A stretch of 61,762 bases of DNA, the filler included, from Circinaria calcarea (Eukaryota), in the NCBI GenBank assembly GCA_051942165.1. It is 5 parts of 5 records of this genome, joined end to end, with 100 filler letters (N's around TTAATTAATTAA, not from the genome) between each part and the next. Parts side by side here need not be neighbours in the genome. Positions count along the whole stretch, not along the records: positions 49,513 to 61,762 come from JAVECS010000590.1; 4 more parts are not named here. One strand, given 5' to 3'. The notes under the pieces are model-generated. The model did no database searches. It was not told the DNA's origin and saw only the letters and a program-made list of their open reading frames with translations. Below are positions 59,600 to 61,762 of this stretch, in pieces. A program made the position numbers and the translations under genes. Within the stretch, counting starts at the first letter, position 1, and each line of letters starts with the position of its first letter.

Positions 59600-61333
59600 A
59601 TGCCGTGGTCAAAGTGCAACCAGACGGCGGAATATCAAAAAGGCGCGTGAAGAAATCACCCAGTATTACTGCCACATACTAACAAATTCAGTAGTCAGTG
59701 AAATCAAGCTTCCAATTGGTATTACTACCCACCACCTAGGTCTGGTCCTATCCGCCAGCTTTGGCCTTGCATCAGTACTGCTTTCGTTGTACCTCATATG
59801 GAGACATGGCACACACTACCTGAAACCTTATGAGCAGAAGCAGTAGGTACCGCAGTATCAGTATGGCAAGCAATTCGACTGACCAAGGACGTCAACAGCA
59901 TCATTCGAATCCTGCTCATGGTACCCGTCTACGCCATAGTATCATTCCTGTCCTACGTCTTCTACACCCACGAGATCTATTTCGCCGTCATTCGGGACTG
60001 CTACGAAGCCATCGCCATTGCCAGCTTCTTCACCCTGCTCTGCCACTATACTGCCGCCGACCTCCACAGTCAAAAGGACTATTTTCGAACCACAACGCCC
60101 AAACCCTGGCTCCCTCCCATAAGCTGGTTCCAGAAATGTTGCGGTGGTCAACGAGGTCCATGGAGGCTGCCTAGAAGCGGCTTGACATGGTTTAATGTAG
60201 GATCCTATGCAAAGGCAATTACCAGAGAGCTCAGGCTGAACATTTGCAGATCATTTGGTTTTTCGTTTTTCAGTATTGTTTCATTCGTGTGTTCATGACC
60301 ATCGTCTCCGTCATCAGTCAAGCCTTCCATAGGTATTGTCTCGAGTCGCTGAGTCCAGCATTTGCCCATATATGGGTAATTGCTGTGTATTCCAGTAGCA
60401 GACTCCTTACTAACACCAGCTAGACTACAGTTATTACGGCGGTGGGTGTCACTTTGGCAATGTACTGCTTGATACAATTCTATTACCAACTCAAAGACGA
60501 CCTTTCAGAACATCGGCCCTTCCTTAAATTGGTAGCGATTAAGCTCGTCATTTTCCTCTCATTCTGGCAGACGGTTTGTGATCCTCCTAATCAGAATTAG
60601 TGGTTACTCTAACTGAATGCAGATCATAATATCTTTTCTTACCTCTGCCAATGTCATCAAATCCTCTCCCCAAGTCGGTCAACCGGATATCAAAATTGGC
60701 ATTCCTTCGCTCCTCCTCTGTATGGAAATGTCCATATTTGCCACCTTACATCTCTGGGCCTACCCGTGGCGTGTCTATGACATTAATCGATCACCAATCG
60801 TAGCCGCAGAATCCGACCCGGATTCCTTGCCTGACCCACAAACAGCCTATAAAGGTGGTCCTATGGGCTGGCGCGCATATTTTGATGCGATGAACATGAT
60901 GGATGTAGTTCGTGGTGTTGGTCGGGGTGTACGATGGGTGTTTGTTGGAAGGAAGAGCAGAGAACTGGATGTCAGTTACAAGGGCTTTGGTCTTGGGACG
61001 CCATCACAACGGCCGAGGCAAAGTCGGCATAGCGAGGCATACGTTGGTGGAGGGAAGCCAGGACCTTATCAGCGGCTGGACAATCTTTCCGATGACCGCA
61101 TATCGACACAGCCATTAAATCATTCACCGCCTTTACATCAAGACACGGGTGATTTAGGTAATAGGAGGTACGATATGGATCCGTATACGCCGCCTAATCC
61201 GAGTCTATCGGCCAGAACGGAGTACGGGATGGCTGCTGGTGGAGAGGACGGAGTTGTTGACACGGAGTATCACGGTGCTAGGAATGCTCCCGTACATGGG
61301 AATTGGCCTGCTGGACCAGGCGATCCTTTTTGA
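59600..61333 (+). CDS. TMEM184 / organic solute transporter alpha family membrane protein, 6 exons
   Basis: HYLKPYEQK-HIIRILLMVPVYAIVSFLS, RDCYEAIAIASFFTLLCHY, FQYCFIRV, AMYCLIQFY, KLVAIKLVIFLSFWQT, LLCMEMSIFATLHLWAYPW. Confidence 0.9.
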
Positions 61334-61762
61334 GGCATCCTCCTTTCTTCTTTCTTTTCTTCCTACTCTCGGGATAAGAATGGTTTCTAGACTAGGGAGG
61401 GGTTCTCGGAGTACGTGGCTTTGTTATGGATATACCACGTGCTACGATTATGATGCCGGATGGGGCCTGTTGGGTGGGGAAACTTGATCCGACGGAAGGC
61501 CATACTTACGCGTGTAGATGTGTAAGAATACGATGAAGACGATCCAAGTATCCAATGAGTCCATACAACTTCATATCCTCTGTTCATCCCTATTTGACTG
61601 CGCATGGAGTATGATCTACGACCTCACTCCCCACCCCCCTCCGCTTTTCCTTCTTTCCCCCAAAAGCGAAACCAAGAGCTTTCAACGAGCGAGAAACCAA
61701 CCGGGGGGGGGGGAAATAGGCATCCGGTCAGAAGATTGAAACCTCCTTCCTCCTCTTATAAA

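Noticed and set aside
1..61762. tRNA/rRNA genes, Starship captain recombinase, intact transposase or reverse transcriptase
   Set aside because: No cloverleaf/T-loop context, rRNA-like sequence or catalytic motifs recognised by eye; a covariance/HMM scan would be needed to exclude them fully.

Overview
Eukaryotic, intron-containing DNA from a filamentous ascomycete (Pezizomycotina; some orphan secreted families suggest a lichen-forming fungus, which is inference only). The window is not one locus. It is five contigs of 12291, 12280, 12275, 12266 and 12250 bp, joined in descending size order by identical artificial 100-bp spacers (44 N + TTAATTAATTAA + 44 N), so nothing can be inferred across the gaps. 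Contig 1: arrestin-fold gene, frameshifted small secreted protein, ERG12/STE24 head-to-head pair, Rpa14/Ker1-like gene, mitochondrial bL34, CCCH zinc-finger gene. Contig 2: accessory/decaying region with a MITE, a HeLo-like-NACHT-ankyrin NLR with a single in-frame TGA, and several gene relics including an F-box/LRR pseudogene interrupted by a transposon end. Contig 3: divergent pair of secreted repeat proteins (3x PAN/apple + GLEYA lectin-adhesin; a Trp/Pro-periodic, Thr/Val-repeat, Cys-capped orphan), a large 2OG-Fe(II) dioxygenase and a LAG1/LAC1 ceramide synthase. Contig 4: CYP52-clan P450 pseudogene, Pth11-like receptor, a 4-exon orphan gene and a Zn-ADH/quinone reductase pseudogene. Contig 5: CSN6, a secreted HExxH protein, MET2, an Acinus-like gene and a TMEM184/OST-alpha gene. 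I recognised no tRNA, rRNA or CRISPR. Exon boundaries were read by eye and family calls come from recalled motifs, not database searches.
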